The notes beneath the pieces are model-generated. The model did not search any database. It was not told the origin of the DNA and was given only the letters and a program-made list of their open reading frames with translations. DNA of 64,000 nt from positions 86,366,001 through 86,430,000 of the forward strand of contig OZ024741.1 in the NCBI GenBank assembly GCA_964016885.1. Reading direction: 5' to 3'. The DNA is from Eledone cirrhosa (lineage: Eukaryota). Both the position numbers and the translations under genes were made by a program. Below are positions 1-14,610 of this stretch, piece after piece; the first letter of the stretch is position 1, and every line of letters begins with the position of its first letter.

Positions 1-441
1 AATTTTGCAGTTTTGGGGGGATTTCATTTTTCATGTAATATCATTGATATACATTTGTTTGCAGTGATAATGTTCATATAGACTGAGTAGTGGTATGAGC
101 AATCTGCCTAACAAGCTTAATTATCACTTGGTTGTGTGTAGTGAAATTTTGAACCTTGATAGATAAATTACATGCAGTTTTTTATACTTTTTTTTCTTTT
201 TTAATTAACATTCCCCCCCCCCCCCACACACTTTTTTAAAGCAACAAAAAGGTGGGGCTTATCTTCAAAAGTATACTTGATAGTTATATGCTTTAACATA
301 TTGAGTATTCCTGCATTCTTTAAAGTGTTGGTTATTAGGATTAGAGGAACAATAAAATTTAAGATACACATCCTTATTGCTAAATTGAAATCTATTTTCT
401 CTTACTGTTTTTACTAATGAAAATTTCTTATGTATTTACAG

Positions 442-537
442 ATCTTAAAAGTGCACTCGTGTTTGAGTTATCTGCTTTGTCTTTGCATCAAGTTAATGTA
501 TCATTTGAACACCCTCTACAAGATTCCATGGTTACAG
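442..537 (+). CDS. MED1: MED1 internal coding exon (Med1 N-terminal domain, end part)
   Basis: AG at 440-441 and GT at 538-539. Phase 1-1 translation (D)LKSALVFELSALSLHQVNVSFEHPLQDSMVT resembles the vertebrate MED1 segment FEV..LS...FSVSFQHPVNDSLV. Confidence 0.9.
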
Positions 538-1475
538 GTAATTCTCTTTTCTCTTTGATATCTTAAAATATATTTGTAATACCCTGCTTCATGATAAATA
601 TTGAACACAAATAGTTATTTTCTCTAGTGTAATGGGGGAAACTTTGGTAATTAAAATTAAAAATCTTAAATAATGTATTTTTGTAAATGAATAACTGTAT
701 ATGTAGTTCAAATACTTTTTAATAAAAGAACTTCCTTGTTTTGTTTTACTGCAAGACATGAAAAGATACTGTTTGTAATTTTCAAATAATTTTGGAAATA
801 AGAATTTGGAGATATTTAGTAATATAACTTACTTTCTCAGCCTTAAGCTGTTGTTTGGAACAAAGGTTCTGACATAAAATTATGATAGGCTTTTAGATAA
901 TTATAGACACTTTAAAATAAAGTTTGGTATTGTAGAACTTGGACTCCTTTCAGGTGATTTGGTATCAAGAAGGTTAAACTACAATCATATTAATAAATAG
1001 TGTATTTTGACTATTTTACATTTCATTTTCCTATGTTAGCATATTACGGTCAATTTTGTTTCTTTTCCTCTCCCTGTTTCAAGTACATTCATTACTATAT
1101 TTCTAATAAATAGTTTTGAAACAATTGAGTTTTTGGATGGATTTAATAATATAATTTTCTCATTATTAAGTTCATATTTTGAATATATTTTAACAAATGT
1201 TCTTACATGAAATTATGATGTAGGTTTTTAGATAACTATAAACACTTTAAAATACAAACAGTTTTATATCGTATAACCAGGGGTGATTTCAGACGGTTTC
1301 ATATTAAAAAAAAGTTACTACATTGGAATCAGTTGAATTAGTTATTCCCCTTCCCAACAAAGTTGCTCATTTGCCTAATCTGAAAGAGAAAAAAAACAAA
1401 ACATTATTTATGAATATATTTCTGTATTTTGTGTGAACATTTAATAAAGTATTTATTTATTTTATTTTTATTTAG

Positions 1476-1581
1476 CTGAGTTTGATATGAGTGACATTAC
1501 CAACCTGAAGTGTCGTGTTTGCACTGCTGTAGATGGCCAGTCATTTTGTTCAGATGAATATGCATCTAAAGTATTTCGCCA
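1476..1581 (+). CDS. MED1: MED1 penultimate coding exon
   Basis: tttag|CT...CA|gtatgt. Translation (A)EFDMSDITNLKCRVCTAVDGQSFCSDEYASKVFR(Q) splices in frame to CMSIPVSLRAI, matching MED1 CTDDFIAKVVQRCMSIPVTMRAI. Confidence 0.9.
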
Positions 1582-3555
1582 GTATGTATAAAATTACTCA
1601 TTACAATGCTACATCAGTAATTCTGTCTCTTTGTATTTTATTTTTCATAAAACCATATTGTTTTGTAAGTAATATTATATAGAAGCCACATGACCTTACA
1701 TATGCTCTTTGAATTGTTGCTTTGGTTAATTGATCAAATAATTTTATGCTTACTGTTCATATCACTTGATATTTTTTTCTTCAATAAACTGTGAAGGCTT
1801 AGTGGTTAGTGTATTTGGCTCACAATCGTAAAGTTGTGAGTTCAATTATAGGTGACACATCAGTCCTTGAGCAAATTGCTTTATTTCACGTTGCTCCAGT
1901 CTACTCAGCTGTCAAAATTATGTTGTACCTGTAATTAAGAGGGCTAGCCCTGTCATACACTGTCATGCTGAATTTCTTTGAGAGCTATGTTAAAGGTAAT
2001 CAAGTCTGTGGAATGCCCAACCACTTGCACATTAATTTCACAAACAATTGTTTGAACTGCTGGAATACTCGTTTTTGGAACCGATGGAGGTGCAACACAC
2101 AGTAAATACTCCAATATACGCTCACATATCTCAGATGTGGCCTCAAGGCTAGTGTGTTGGTCTCACAGTAATAAGATTGTAGGTTCAATCCTTGGACTAG
2201 GCAATACACTGTTTTTGAGCAAGAGGCTTCATTTCATGTTGCTTTTCATGATAAGACTGGGATCATTATCATTAAAATATCAGGTTATGCAATGAAATGC
2301 AGCTTTGTTGGAAGCCAACTAACCTTATGTAGGTGTGAGCTGTAGCAACAACAAAAAAAAGATGGTGCTGTATACATCCTTATCCATCTCTTCTAGTGCT
2401 ACATCAATAGTTCCTGCTCATCTAAACTTCATCATCATCATCCTAGAATTATACTAACATCATACAAGCCTGATACTCCCACATTCTTACTATAGCAATA
2501 ATTACTATCTCTCACTTACCAAATACTTTGCCCAAGCTTTCCTTTTAAAAACTTTCTTTTTTGGAACTGCTTTGCTCACATTTTTATCACAAACAATTTC
2601 ACCATTTTGAAAATGTCTGCAAAAGCCTGTCAAAACTACAGTTCCTCCTTCCGTGTTCTGTTTGTTTTCAACAAATGTGCATTCCTATAGAAATGCATGT
2701 GTATGCGTGTGTGCATGCTTTTATATAATTCAAGGCTTATATCCATTGCAGTATACTCTGTAAAGTGATAAGTGTTAGGAAGGGCATCCAGCTATAGAAA
2801 CCGTACTCCCAGTATACACTAAAGTGGTTGGTGTTAGGATGGGCATCCAGCTATAGAAACCAAGCCAGAAGAAGGTGTATGAGCCTGACTTAGTCACCAT
2901 GGCAGTCTGGCCACAGCATGTGACAACCATCCAACCAATGGAAAAATATACATTAAACAGTGATGATGATGATTGGAAAAGAGGCAGTCATGGCTATTGT
3001 GAAGACAAATGGAATGAGATGGTTGGGTTACATGTTGAAAAAGGATGAATGTCACTGGATGAGAAGAGGAAATGAAAGCCAATGAGTTGGTGAGAGTGTG
3101 CGGTAGGGCAAAATGGAGAAGTTTGCCTTATGGTTTACAAGGCTAACCCTGCTTATTTATTAGGAAAATGGCCTTATAAAGCTTGTATTCCAAATTAATA
3201 AAGAATTTTGAAGGATTTACTAAAATTATTATTTTATTACTTAGATAAGTTAACATATGATACTTATATAAAATTAAAGGAACTCTTTCAAATGAATGAT
3301 TTTGTTTAATAGAACCAGATCCAGTTTTGATTGGGTTGCTTATCAAAAGAGTTAATATTACACAGTATTTTTTTGTTGTTGTTATTTATTTATTTATTCA
3401 TTTCAACTCATCCATTTCTAATTTAGAAAATACAGCTAATATTTTTTTGCGAAATTAACATGCTCAATATTATTTAGTACCTAGCTTATTTGTATGTAAA
3501 AAAAATTGTAGTTTGAATAATACAAAATATTCTAATACTTTTTCGTCTTTTTCAG

Positions 3556-6500
3556 ATGCATGTCTATCCCTGTGTCATTGCGTGCAATTCTTAACAAAGT
3601 TCTTGGACAGTTGAAAAAAACCATTCCCGGGGTGAATGGCTCACATAAATTACATAATATGAACATCTATTCCAACCACATGAGTAGTGTTATGTCAGTA
3701 CATCATTCACGAGTTCAGTCTATTTCAAATGATTATCGATTTTCTGTAAATCATTTGAATTATCCACATCGTTATGTAACAGAAAACTACAAAAATAACT
3801 TGCCATACCTTGATCCTGCAAAGGCACCACAAGAGCTGCTGGATGACATACGGGCAGATAAAGTGGCTCAAAACCCCCTGCTAGCAACTCTCCTTGATCA
3901 AGATACAGCAGCTGCATCTGATGTTCATAATAGTCCAATGTTGTCAAAATTGCTTGATGACCATACAACAGCCACTACTTGCATGACAATTCCAACAAAA
4001 GTCCGAAAAGGTAAAAAGCGGAGAGCTGCATCAGAAGTAATTGGACGCAGTCCTAAACAGAGGCACGTGGAAGACAATGATATGGTTGAAGATGATCATC
4101 GGTCACTGATCGAAATTGATTCAAGTAGCCCCAGTTTATCCAGTGCACTAAGTAATATCAGCAGTCCACCTGAACATACTTCAGGTTCCATGGTTACTAT
4201 AGATTTAACTGAAAACGGATCCTTAAATAGGGATAACGGAAGTAAAAGGTTTTCCAACAACAACTCAAGTGGTAGCTTAAATAACTTTTCAGATAATTGT
4301 TTCACCAAATCACAAAATATAAAAGGAGAGATGATGTCAGTGATGTTAGAAGATATTAAACCAGATGTGATAATTAAAAAGGAATCAGAAAAAAGTAACT
4401 GTTGTCATAATAATTCTTCTAACAGTATCTCTTCAACAAAAAATGGTGTGTCTTCTCTGGAAGATCTGTTTAGTGATTCAGGTCAACCAATCAACCCTGA
4501 TGAATTCACTAATAAAGCACAAATCTCTTCAAATGATTTTTTAGAAAATGGCACCCTGTCACGGACTAATTGTGAAATGCAAACCACTACATATAGTGGG
4601 GAACCACTGGATTTTGGGAATGATCTCTTAAACCCTGTTAGTGTATATCCTGTTAATGATGATGAAGACATTTGCCTTGAAAAATGTGATAAAATAGCTT
4701 TTGGAACTGAAATTAATAATTTTGTTTTGGGAAAATCCAATTTATTGAGTAATTCTTCCAGCAGTAACCTAGAAAAAAGTGGTCCTGGAAATTCTCGGCC
4801 AATTCCTATTCTAGAGAAACTTGGTGGAGATGTAAAAGAAGAAAGGGACCTTATAAAACACAAGAATTCCATAGAAAGTGAAGCAAAGGTTTTGACTTTA
4901 AAAGAGGAAAGTAAATCAGACTGCTCTAACAATGTAATGAAAATACGCTTGTACACTCATGAGCCGAAAAAATCAGAAAATTGGAATTTGGTGCAAGACC
5001 TTGAAGCTTCAAATCCAACAAAAGGAAAAGAGAGCTTTGAACTTAGCTGCCATGATGAATCGAAAGATTTTCCAAATGATAGTTTTAATCGAACTCTTAA
5101 GAATAATTCGCCTCTCCATAAACATTCTGTTAATGCGCGGAACAAAGAATATCACAACAGTGATGTTAAAAGTGATAAATCAAAAAAGAAAGAGTCAAAG
5201 CACAATAGTGCAAATAATGAAATTTCTGGGAAAAGGCGGAAAGAAGAAAGTAAAAAAGAAAGAAAGAAGCGCAAACAGGAAAAGAATGACGATTATTCGG
5301 AGATGGTACAGGGGGCTGTCTATCGATCTACACAAGTTGAATCGTCTTCTGACTCTAAACCTATGCCGAAGTTAAAAATCACTAAAAGCTTCTTAAAATT
5401 ATCTGTCGACAAAAAAGCATCAAATTTGACTGATTCTTCGAAACGTTCATCAGTTCCGATTAGTGAAAAAGTCTCTTCAAAATACGATTCTTCTACTTCA
5501 GAAAAATGCTCAAGATATGAGCAAATGAATAAATTGACTGGCTCCTATTCTACAAGTCATTGTAGTAATTCAAGCAATGGCAGCAAAGAGTCAGAGAAGT
5601 GCTCCAAACTTCACCGTGGCCCTCGCTCCTTAGCTTCATCATCACACAGCTCACAAAATATAACTGTAAACAAAGCTGATTCCAAGCTGATGACAAAAAC
5701 ACCCACAGTTAAATTAAAACCTTTAGTGATGCCAGTTACATCAGGTTCATCTGTAAATGTGAGCTCAGTTCGGACACCTTCAGTCTATTCTAGTGCTACA
5801 CCCTCAGGTAACAAAACAACTACTACCACTGTAGCTACCACTACAATACTATCAACTTCAGCAGCTTCTTCATTTTCTTCTACATCTCCTGTCACACCTA
5901 ATGCCACACTGACCAGCCGTTCATCTTTAACGTCGAAAATGACCGTCTCTTCAATTGTAACTCAAAACACAGTAAATAATACTCTGGCCAGCAGCCCACT
6001 TACAGGAAACAGTAGTAGCAGTACTATGTCTATATGTGCAACTACAGCCAGTGGTGTTGCAAGCATTGCAAGTAGTTGTAGTAACTTCACTAACAATAGC
6101 AGTAATCTTAATGTCTCCAGCTGCTTGACCATAAGCAGTAACACTAGTGCGAATAACACTTCCAAAGAAATAAGTAATGCCAAAAATACTTCTAATACTA
6201 CTACAACTACTTCTACGACTACTACTACTACAACTACTACTGCTACGACTACTACTACTACTACCACTTCTACTACTCCTACTACTTCTATTACAACTAC
6301 TATTACTACTACAAATACTGCTGCACTTGGTACTAGCAGTAGTAGCAGCATCAATAGTAGTAACAATAATTGTAGCAGCAGCTGCAGTAATCCCACTATT
6401 AATAACATGAACACAAGTAGTTGCCTCAGCAAGACTAAAGCTGCTGCTATTCGGTCTCGTAAAGGTTCATTATCAGCTGTGATTGATAAACTCACCAAGA

Positions 6501-8179
6501 CAAGCACAACTAATGTTCATGTTAGTAGTGCTAATGATGGAGATATTTCTGCCAGGTCAAATCCTAAAGATATGGCAACAGTAGATGGGGATGATGACGA
6601 CGACGACGATGACGATGACAATGATGATGATGATGACGATGATGATGATGATGATGATGAATCATTTTCTGAAAAATTTGCCTCTAAGACCATCACTACA
6701 ACAACGACCTTAGTCAGTACATCATCAAAAGAACCACAGAATAGTAAACTAGCTAACAAGGAAGTTTCAATATTATCAGAGAGTCGACATGAATCAGTTG
6801 ATAAGAAGGAACTACGCTGCAGTTCCAAACGAGATTGCCATTTATCAATGAAAAGTGATAGTTTAGACAAAAGCACGAGCAGCAGTTGTAATAGTGGTAG
6901 TAGTTGTGGTGGTGAGGACAGTGGTGGTTACAGCAACAGTAGTAGTACTAGTAGTAGAAGTAGTAGTAGTAGTAGTATTAATAGTAATAATAGTTGTAGT
7001 AATAGCAGTAGTTGTAGTAATAATAATAATAAAAATAACAATAACAACAACAATAGTAAGCAGTTGTCAAATAAATCATATAAAGATTCTCGGTCGGCAA
7101 CGTCTTCCACATCTAAAACACTTTCAAGAGAGAATGGTTGTTACTCTGGGGACTTGCTTGAGTTATCTAGTCCTAGCCGAAGCCAATCTCCATTTTTGAA
7201 TGAGACTATGAAAATTGTTCAAAAGAAAGATGTGGAAAACCGATGCCTTGAATCACCTCAAAAATCAAATGAGAAGAGTAAGGAAATTCGGAATGTTCAT
7301 TCTAAATTATCAAGTGACTGGGATTGCTCCCGAGACTCATCAAGGTCTTCAGAGAATCTTGAAGTTGAAAACAAAGGTAGGTATATTTCAGAAAACAGCT
7401 CAAAATCTTGGAATAGGTTAGATTCTGTTGTAGAAGAGCCAGGATGGTGTTCAACTAAACCTTTAAATACCACTAATACAGGTATAAAACAGTCTTCTTC
7501 TGACAAACCATGTTTTGATAATTCCAATAGCAGTGGAGAACGTGACATTTTAGACATAGTATTGAATAATTGCAGAGAATTAGACAGCAGTAATGCTCCC
7601 TTACGGACTGACTCAGGGACCAAAGTCCATACTTCCATCCGGAGAATTAAGGGACATTTACAAGATGCTAAGTTTAATGGTGAAAATGAATTTTCTAAAA
7701 TATATGAATCACACGTCCATTCAGCTTTACGAAAAGATGAAAGTTCCTCGGGAGACTTTGAAAAACAAAATGATTTCACAGGCAGTCACGATGAAACATT
7801 AGTGAAAAAAAAAACTCTTTCTTCACTAAACCCAGTTAGCCCTAGCAGTGATGCCAGCAGTCCTGAAAATGGACTTATTATAGACTATGCATCATCGCCT
7901 AAGAATTCCCAGCCACAGCATCAGGTAGCTGTAGCACAGCATCAAAAACACTCTCCAACACCAGCGATGTCATCATCGAAGGCTGATATTTTCAAATCTC
8001 ACGATAGTAAACATAAATTTTCTAGTAGGTCTCCTACACCATCACCAAGACAGAAAAATTCCCTTCCTCTTTCACCTTCTGGCGTGCGTGAAATAAGTTT
8101 ACATTCAAACTCCACTTCAGTTTCCTCCAGTCCTATTGACAATGATCTTATGGATGAAGCATTAATGATAACATACTAG
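3556..8179 (+). CDS. MED1: MED1 terminal giant exon: two LxxLL nuclear-receptor boxes plus Ser/Thr/Asp/Asn-rich disordered region
   Basis: ttttcag acceptor ending at 3555 and a 1539-aa ORF. It contains NPLLATLLD and SPMLSKLLD (the two LxxLL boxes), SLSAVIDKL, and the C-terminal DNDLMDEALM, all recognisable MED1 motifs. The ORF-track Met at 3560 is internal. Confidence 0.93.
6195..6312 (+). repeat. (ACT)n coding repeat, poly-Thr in MED1
   Basis: Imperfect ACT/ACA trinucleotide run translating as TTTTTSTTTTTTTTTATTTT... Confidence 0.9.
6590..6658 (+). repeat. (GAT/GAC)n coding repeat, poly-Asp in MED1
   Basis: DDDDDDDDDDNDDDDDDDDDDDD in frame. Confidence 0.9.
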
Positions 8180-10316
8180 TAATTCTATAAAAATTTCTCT
8201 TTATTAATTAACATACATAATATGTATATGTTGGTGTGATGTTTAAGATGAATATATTACACCTCCATATCTTCATGTATTTATAACACATATACAGACA
8301 CATTAATATCTATCAACTGTTTTTGTCTAAAACACGTATTCAAATTTTAGTCTCTGTACCACTGGATCTAATGCATTTAAATATATCTATTTTCATATGT
8401 TATTCAATAGTTCTACATATGTTTATTGATATGTATGCATTTATCCTGACTACTTGTATGTTTCTGTCTGTGACTTATTTGGAGATTTTGTGAAAAGGGA
8501 GAAAACTGCTGTCACTTGACATCCAGCTTTAAATTATAACTTTTCTTGTCACTTCCAAAATTTATATGGAGTCAACCAGGTTAATTTCTAAGAAACTCTA
8601 CTCCATCACATGAAGTTAATATTTAAATATCAATAAATATGACTAGATTGTTGTTAAATATAAGTGTTGACAAGAATTTCCCAAATTGATTGGTTGGTGT
8701 TTAAGTTATTGTCAAAATACTAACGGCAGTTGTATGATATTTGATTGAATGTCAGTGCCAGCAGTACTCTCCTAGTTAGGCAGTTTGTGTTTAAATGATT
8801 ATTACAGTGTCAAGGATGGTTTTCCACTTTGCTGTTAATAACACCCCACTCCTCTTCACTCTTATATTTAATTATCTTTGTCAAAAACTTACTTTAAATT
8901 TCTCTATTTTATAATTGTTACTGTTATTTTAAGTGCCCTCAAAATGGTTGTTGAAAAACATACAAACACTAATGAGCTGTTAGTCTGTCTTACATCTTCA
9001 TTTTTAGAAATGTTACATACTTCATTTTGTTTCTATAAAACTCCATATTTTCAATTATTTCTTTCCTTTCAAGTCATCTACAGAATATACAGCCCACTGA
9101 AAAGAATACTATTTTAAGTCCTGCATTTTTTTTAATCACTTGTAAATTTTTGGGAAGAATAAAGTAATTGCTGTTTATATTTTTACTAACCTTGAACAAT
9201 CTGGGTTAACTATACACATTTTATGGTTAAGGATTTCATCTTACTTAATATATTCAGGAGTTTCATCTTATTCAAATTTTGATTACAAGCTAACATGTGA
9301 GCCTCTATGTAGTCACGTGGCCTATTAGAAATATCAGCCATTACTCCAATTCTCCTTCAAATCATACGTTACTGTCTTAGATAAAGCAAAGATAGATAAT
9401 GTAGTCCTACATCTGTTTTACAATCTCCTATCACACCTAGTGCCACACTAATCAGCCGTTCATTAATAATGATCTCTTCATTTATAAACTAAAGCACACT
9501 AAATAATACTCTGGCAAACAGCTCGCATACAAGAAATAGTAGTAGCAGTAATATGTTTTTGGTTATAGGGCTGCTAGATAAGAGCTGACTTGTGGCTAAA
9601 CAACTGCTGGTACTATACAAACAGCATTTGTATTTATTTCAATGTATTTTCAAGGCAAGTCAATCTTATTTTTAATGTTTTCTATTTGAAAACTTATCTG
9701 CTGATTTTTTTTTTTTTTTTTTTTTAAGTTAATTTTAGTTAATTTTAGCCATCAGGTGAAAGGCCATGCTGGAGAAAACGTGTACACACCTTTACTGATT
9801 CACCCCATTGTGATATTAACCTAGTATTTTTAATGAATTTTGAAGCTCAACCAACGAAACTTTATGTTGAAATGATTTTACTTACTAAAACATTCTAAAT
9901 TAAGTATTTTTATTTGGGAAATTTCTTTTCAGGGCTGTTTCTTTTTAGATATACAATAGAATTAGGTTTTTAAATTGAAACTAAACCTAGATTATTGCAA
10001 GTTTCACAAAGCAAACCATTCTAAAACAATAGATTTATGTGATTGTGCTTGCATCCACATGCGTGCATATACACATCATTCTTTTATTTATGCATGAATT
10101 TGTTATTTGGTCATGTTAATCTTTCTCGTGAAAAAGCTGGTGAAGTGGCAGTTATTAGAATGACAGATAGAATGCTTAGCGGTATTTGTTCTGACTCTGT
10201 GCCCAAATCCTGCCAAGGTTGACTTTGCCTTTCATCCTTTTGAGGTAGATATAGTACCAGTTCAATACTTGGGTCAACTTTTCCTCTATATCTCTTTCTT
10301 GCCTCTCTCTCTCATT

Positions 10317-10357
<41 letters not shown>

Positions 10358-11417
10358 CTCTGGAAGAGATTGGCTGTGTTCCAACCTGGAGAGGGATGAC
10401 TCTGCCAGGTTTAAGTGTATGTAATTACGTTACCTCTGATTCCATCAAGGCCCTTGGCATGATAATCTTTCTCATGACAAAATTATTATTTTTATTATCA
10501 TAACAAAATTCTTAGAATTTGTTCTGTTCTTTTCTACTTCTATTAAATTCTTGAGACAGACTACAGCTAATAAGTTAAATATTATTATTTTTCTGTAATT
10601 TGTTTCTCACCCTGTGAATGCCATAATTACTTCTGTTGCATCATTTACACTCTTACTGCATCCTTACAGAATTATAAATGAATTTCTTTTCTATATTGCT
10701 GGTGATAATGTACATTTATATGTCTATACTGAAAACATCAGTATAAAATTTAAAGATTTATCAAAGCTAAGAAATATTATTATTGACATGGAAAAGCATG
10801 CAATTTTTTCTAAATATAAAATGAAAAAGACAACAAATATTGAAAAGAATCTGTTTGTGATATAACATTTACAGTGAAGACTTTGGCAGAACCCAATCTG
10901 ACCACATTTCTTCTACCATAAAATGTCGTGATATAATGAATGAAAGGAAAAAAATATGAATATTAATTTTTTCTTCCTTTTGGTGGGGGGTATGTATATG
11001 TGTGTGTGAGTGTTGATGCATGTATGCATATGTGTGTATGTATGCATGCATGTAATGTGTTTGTGTGTATGTGAGAATTCTTATAGATTTGAGTATTATT
11101 ACAGAGATTCTATTGGCAAACTTATTGATATTACCAGGTTGTGGGTGGTTAGAGTAGCCATTCTTGTTATTTTTTAAAAACAACATCCTTTGACCTATTT
11201 GCATTATTCTCTTGTTCTTCTTTTTTTTTTCCTCCCCAATAACTTTAACCAATCTTGGCTAACTTAGTCTTGTGTAATGATCATGTATGTTCTTTGAAAT
11301 ATATTTCATCTCTTGCAATCAAATAATGACACTTACTGCAACATTGAAAATTTACAAAATAATTATTTAAAGTTACATTTTACAATCATTATAATTAGTT
11401 GAATTTAGTTCTCTTTC

Positions 11418-11451
<34 letters not shown>

Positions 11452-11460
11452 TGTGTGTGT

Positions 11461-11494
<34 letters not shown>

Positions 11495-14254
11495 CTCGAT
11501 GCCAAGCTTGGATATGAAGTTATAGTAAAAAAAAAAAAAATTTGAACATTTTTAAATGCAATGTTTTTGTTTTAATCCTGTGATGCCAACAGCTGAGTAT
11601 GGTATTGTTGTGGAAGTTTATTTTACTTTTCTTTCTGTCTGATAAAATCTGACATTATTTTAGCCACATTCTTGACACAAGGAATTAAGTATTGAATACC
11701 TTTTCAGTCTTTCCCTTCTCTTCCTCTTCTTCCTCCAGGAAAAGAATTTCACAAGTTGTTACAGATTATATTTATAAGCAATTTAAACTAGCTATGGATT
11801 ATTATTTATCAATAAAAATAATTTAGGTTAAAACAATTTCATTTTACTGCAGAACAATTTTTATTACAAATATATTTTTAGATTAACCACTTAAGTAATC
11901 GACCTTGAACATCAGAAATCCTTGTCTTTGCCTATTTTTATGTAATATTTGTATATAAAAAGTTTGTGTTGTTATTCATTATTTATTTATTTGAGCCATC
12001 TATAATTTTAATTACTTATATGGGTAAATTCTATTGAAATGAAATTGCAGATTTTAGCATATGGTCATATTTCATTACTAAATTTTTTTTTTTCTGCCAA
12101 CATATATTCCACTTTTGTTTACTGATAAAGATTAAAATGTGTGTGTTTTTATTTTTTTATATTATTTTTTACTTAAATTAACAACTTGTCCATATTTTCA
12201 AACCACGTGAAATTATGCTTCTTTCTTAATTGTTTCTATAGAAATGTAATTTTATGTAAAAATATTTTGATATACAAATTCAGTTAAAACTAAAGAGCTT
12301 TTTTAAGTTATCTATTTTATTATATTTTTTATAAGTTCTTTTTTTTTAAACATTCTTTCAAGCAAATTACAATCAAATTAGACTATTAATTGCAGATTAT
12401 CAATAATTTCAACACCTTGAGCTGTTCAAATATTATAATCTTAGAAAGTAAAGTAGTTTATTCTCGACAAATTAACTGTTTTTCAGAAGTTTAAATATTT
12501 TATTTAAAAAAAAAAAAATTTTTTTTTATTTTTAGTAGATTTTTAAAATTTTCAGAAATTTGTGATACTACAATATTCGACTCCAGTTTAACTGTTTTAA
12601 TGTTCCATTCATTAGATACATTGGTATCCATTCAGAAATACATGAAATATAAGTTGGATCACTTTAGTTATAGTTTTACTACTCTTTGAAGTTTTTTATT
12701 ATTTTTTTATTATCAGAATTCCCCTGATCCCTTTCAAGATAGCCTTTCTCTCAATTAAATTGATTAAAAATTACTTGATAAATGGAAATAACATATAAGA
12801 AGTCACTGAAGTATTTGTTTTAGCTCCTATTAACCCTTTAGTTACTAAATTTCTAATGAAATACGTCGTAGTTTAATTAAGGAATTAAGAATTTGTAAAG
12901 GACTTGGTAAAATTATTTCATTAAGATGGTATTTGTTACATAACAAAATATTTTTATATAAAATTATGTTGGATGGTTTTAATTTAAGTTGGAACCCTTT
13001 AAAATTGGTAGTTTTGTTTTATAGAAACAAGCCGTTTGGGGTGCATAGGTATTAAAGGTGTTATTTTCACCCAACACACATATCAAATAAATTACTTTGA
13101 TTTTTTGTTTTCTTTTACTTTTTTTAGTTTAGTTATCATATTTATATTCTAAAATGAAATTCTTATCCTTGTTAATATACATTTGAATTATTAATAGAGA
13201 GGAAGAAGTAGGATTGAGATGGCACCAAAGTAACCCAACCTCCAAGAGAAATGCAGTAGTTGTGGTAGTTGTATTGCTGTTAATAGTTATCTCTGTTCTG
13301 CTGGAAATGTTTCTTTTTAACCACAAATACAACTTCTACTATAATAAATACTATTACTGCAATTGTTTCAATAACACCAAATACTACTTCTACAACAACT
13401 ACTACTACAATTACTACTACTACTACTCTGTTGCTGCTACTACTGCTGCTATTACAACTACTTGTCATTGGTATATATCAGATGTAATATTGTTGAAACT
13501 GTTTATCAATGTTTTTCTCTGTGCTAGATGATTGGTTTATTGAGTGATTGAACTTTACCAATAACCTATGTCTAACTCAAACCTAAATTATTGTACAGTC
13601 CCCTTGTACAGCTTTGTCCTTGTCCTGTACAGCATATAAAAATCTTACAAACACCTTTGCCTTGCTATTGTTTATTTAGATTCAAACTGCTTTATTTTAT
13701 CTTGATGGAAAACGTTGTTAATTAAAATCAATTTGTTTAATGTCGTTATTACAGATATTATAAGTGTCAGTAGAGCGCCAACAAAATGCTTTGCAGTATT
13801 TAGTTATGGCTTTCTACATTTTGAGTTAAAATTCCACCAAGGTCAGCTTTGTCTTGAATCCTTCGGGGGTTGATAAAATAAAATACCTGTTAAGTACTGA
13901 GTTTGATATAAATGATGTTTCCCTACCCCCATATTGCTGGCCTTGTGCCAATGTTACAAAGATTTATGGGAGATAGTAAAAAAATTTGTCTTCATTTGAA
14001 TATCATACATTGAAGTAAGTTTCATGATAGTTAATAACTTAGTATGGGATAGTTAGGTTATTGCTAAAATAATTTAAAAAATAGCTATTATACTTGAAAA
14101 ATCTTTAAATGGTTTCAATTGCACTGCAGCCATGCTATATCATCACCTTCAATTGTTAAATTCATCATTTCCAGTAGATAGACAGAAATAAGCACTGAGC
14201 ACATGTGCAGTAGATTGCCTCAATGCTCAGTATGGTCTCTAGAAGTTGACTTTT

Positions 14255-14610
14255 TGTTACCTAGGTGGCCTAGTCAGCAGTGGCAGAGGATGCTCTGTGA
14301 GTGTAGCTGCCAGAGTAAGAACAGGCTGGAAGAAGTTTAAAGAACTATTTCTGCTAACAACTAGGAACTTTCCGCTAAGTAAAGGATAGAATATATGATG
14401 CCTGCATGTGAACTGCAATGCTACATGACAGTGAGACATGGGCCTTGACAGCAGATCTGCAAAGGCGAGAAAGAAATAGAGCCAGTGTATGTGTAATGTC
14501 AGTGTGTATGAATGTTGTAGTAAAAACTGTAAGAGAGAAGATTAAGTGGTTGTAGACATGCGATGTATATGGTAGTAGATGGAGCTTGTAGAAGAGGTAG
14601 ACCTAGGAAG
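14255..14610 (+). mobile_element. Degenerate RTE-clade LINE 3' fragment
   Basis: Remnant reading GCSVSVAARVRTGWKKFKELFLL...ETWALT. It is homologous to the better-preserved fragment at 51218-51700. Confidence 0.6.

Noticed and set aside
3720-7802. Antisense and alternate-frame ORFs over MED1 (poly-Val/Leu/Ser)
   Set aside because: Shadows of the trinucleotide-rich MED1 frame; no independent motifs or splice support.
11418-11492. (GT)n immediately followed by (AC)n, forming a hairpin in the probable MED1 3' UTR
   Set aside because: Simple-sequence juxtaposition is common in such genomes and nothing indicates function.
13214-13531. Hydrophobic stretch followed by an (ACT)n Thr-rich tract, resembling a mucin-like exon or a MED1 echo
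   Set aside because: The hydrophobic and Thr-rich parts are in different frames with stops; similarity to MED1 is only low-complexity.
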